A DNA stretch of 16,631 nucleotides from a candidate division WOR-3 bacterium (GTDB lineage Bacteria > Hydrothermota > Tepidihabitantia > Tepidihabitantales > JAOUPE01). Location of the stretch: positions 1 to 16,631 of the forward strand of contig JBDRUX010000053.1 of assembly GCA_039801565.1 (NCBI GenBank), given 5' to 3'. The notes beneath the pieces were generated by a model. The model was not told where the DNA came from and did not search any database. It saw only the letters and a list, made by a program, of their open reading frames with translations. Position 1 is the stretch's first letter, and the number at the start of each line of letters is the position of its first letter. A program made the translations under genes and the position numbers. Positions 15,692 to 16,631 of this stretch are shown here, piece by piece.

Positions 15692-16631
15692 GTGATTACT
15701 GATGCTAAAGTCCTAAAATTATTAGACGAGTTACTGCACGGTGCGGCAAATGAATTAATTCCGGTTTTTGACCCAAAGGCACCGCGCTGTGTTGAATATC
15801 CGCTTGCCAATAAAATTCTTGGCGAATCTAATAGTTTCACTTTACAATTGCTCAGCGACTTAACGCGCTTGGGTTATTTAACGAAAAAGTTTTACGATAA
15901 GGTATTATTCTGTCCGGTTTGTAATTCTACCGACGTACGCTATGCCACTTACTGTCCTAAGTGTGGCTCTGGCTACATCTTACGGAGTTTGGTATTTGAA
16001 CATCCATCTTGTGGCTATATCGGTATCGAAAAAGATTTTTTAAATGAAACTGATCATATTTGTCCAAAGTGTCGTCGGGAATTAAATCTAATCGGTAGCG
16101 ATTACAATAGTCCGGGTTATTATTACAAGTGTTACAACTGTAACGAGTTGTCGTCCACACCCGTTGAAAAATGGCATTGTCGGCATTGCTCAGCGATATT
16201 TAACAAGGATGAGATAAAAGAAGTTTGTCTCTTCTCTTATACTATTAACGAAGAGAAAAAGGAGAAATTGCCCGTCGAACAAATTCCAAAGAATCGCATT
16301 GCGGAATTTTTAATCCAGGATGGTTATGAGGTGCAGACCGGAGTCAAGATTATGGGACGTTCCGGAGCCGAACATGAAATTGACCTTCTGGCAACTAAAC
16401 ATTCCGGACCGTTTGAACACCGAATTGTTGTTGGTTTTGCTTCGGCTGATACCGAAGTAGATGCTGAAGAAGTTATAAAGTTATATGCTAAGGGTTACGA
16501 TGTGAACGCCCAAGATATTATTCTTGTGGCGATTCCACGATTAAGTCCAGATGCCCTTCACTTTGCTCAGCACTATCGAATCCGAGTATTTGAAGCCGAA
16601 GATTTAGATAAGATTCAAACCAGCCTTTCTT
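15692..16631 (+). CDS. TackOD1-like multi-zinc-ribbon protein fused to an Mrr-like restriction-endonuclease-fold domain; runs off the right edge
   Basis: Hand translation, 313 codons without a stop: MITDAKVLKLL...CPVC..CPKC..HPSC..CPKC..CYNC..CRHC...GYEVQTGVKIMGRSGAEHEIDLLA...IVVGFA...EEVIKLYAK...ILVAIPRLSPDALHFAQHYRIRVF. SD GGAGG and its own promoter. Confidence 0.85.
   Translation, partial: MITDAKVLKLLDELLHGAANELIPVFDPKAPRCVEYPLANKILGESNSFTLQLLSDLTRLGYLTKKFYDKVLFCPVCNSTDVRYATYCPKCGSGYILRSLVFEHPSCGYIGIEKDFLNETDHICPKCRRELNLIGSDYNSPGYYYKCYNCNELSSTPVEKWHCRHCSAIFNKDEIKEVCLFSYTINEEKKEKLPVEQIPKNRIAEFLIQDGYEVQTGVKIMGRSGAEHEIDLLATKHSGPFEHRIVVGFASADTEVDAEEVIKLYAKGYDVNAQDIILVAIPRLSPDALHFAQHYRIRVFEAEDLDKIQTSLS

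Noticed and set aside
2032..16160. Short ORF-track entries antisense or out of frame to real genes (e.g. 2032-2262, 3035-3340, 3606-3818, 3831-4073, 4772-5047, 5505-5777, 7092-7430, 7515-7772, 9341-9697, 9555-9761, 10703-10918, 11869-12102, 12143-12331, 12441-12632, 12801-13058, 13263-13580, 13361-13543, 15613-15840, 15957-16160)
   Set aside because: Shadow ORFs overlapping well-supported genes, with no recognisable motifs.
15692..16631. Active restriction or anti-phage nuclease system
   Set aside because: The catalytic ExK is absent and no methyltransferase or defence partner is visible in the window; downstream context is unknown.

Overview
AT-rich bacterial chromosomal window using standard code 11 (TGA acts as stop). 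A poorly characterised, probably anaerobic lineage is likely; the secreted Kelch protein and gene content are reminiscent of candidate division WOR-3, but that is inference only. It is mostly housekeeping. From the left: a truncated secreted Kelch-repeat gene (-), mgtE (+), an MFS transporter (-), and a tightly coupled prfA-prmC-nadK-recN-CDP-alcohol phosphatidyltransferase operon (+). Then come glyS with a DUF192 gene (-, no adjacent glyQ), and alr with a DUF1844 gene and an SPL-like radical SAM gene (+). Two open-ended genes missing from the ORF track were translated by hand (1-497 on -, 15692-end on +). The main points of interest are: (i) a three-gene unit at 9101-10146 encoding a 60-aa half-cytochrome-b-like membrane peptide, a secreted superoxide-reductase-fold protein whose mature N-terminus is His, and a Cys-rich DUF3795 protein, with an FNR-like box on its promoter; (ii) an archaeal-type TackOD1 multi-zinc-ribbon protein fused to an apparently inactive Mrr-like nuclease fold; (iii) a radical SAM enzyme fused to a PolX 8-kDa HhH domain; (iv) a degenerate ~75-nt repeat shared by the two large intergenic regions; (v) sigma70-type promoters with mostly 16-nt spacers, including apparently leaderless glyS and alr. 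No rRNA, tRNA, CRISPR array or transposase was seen.
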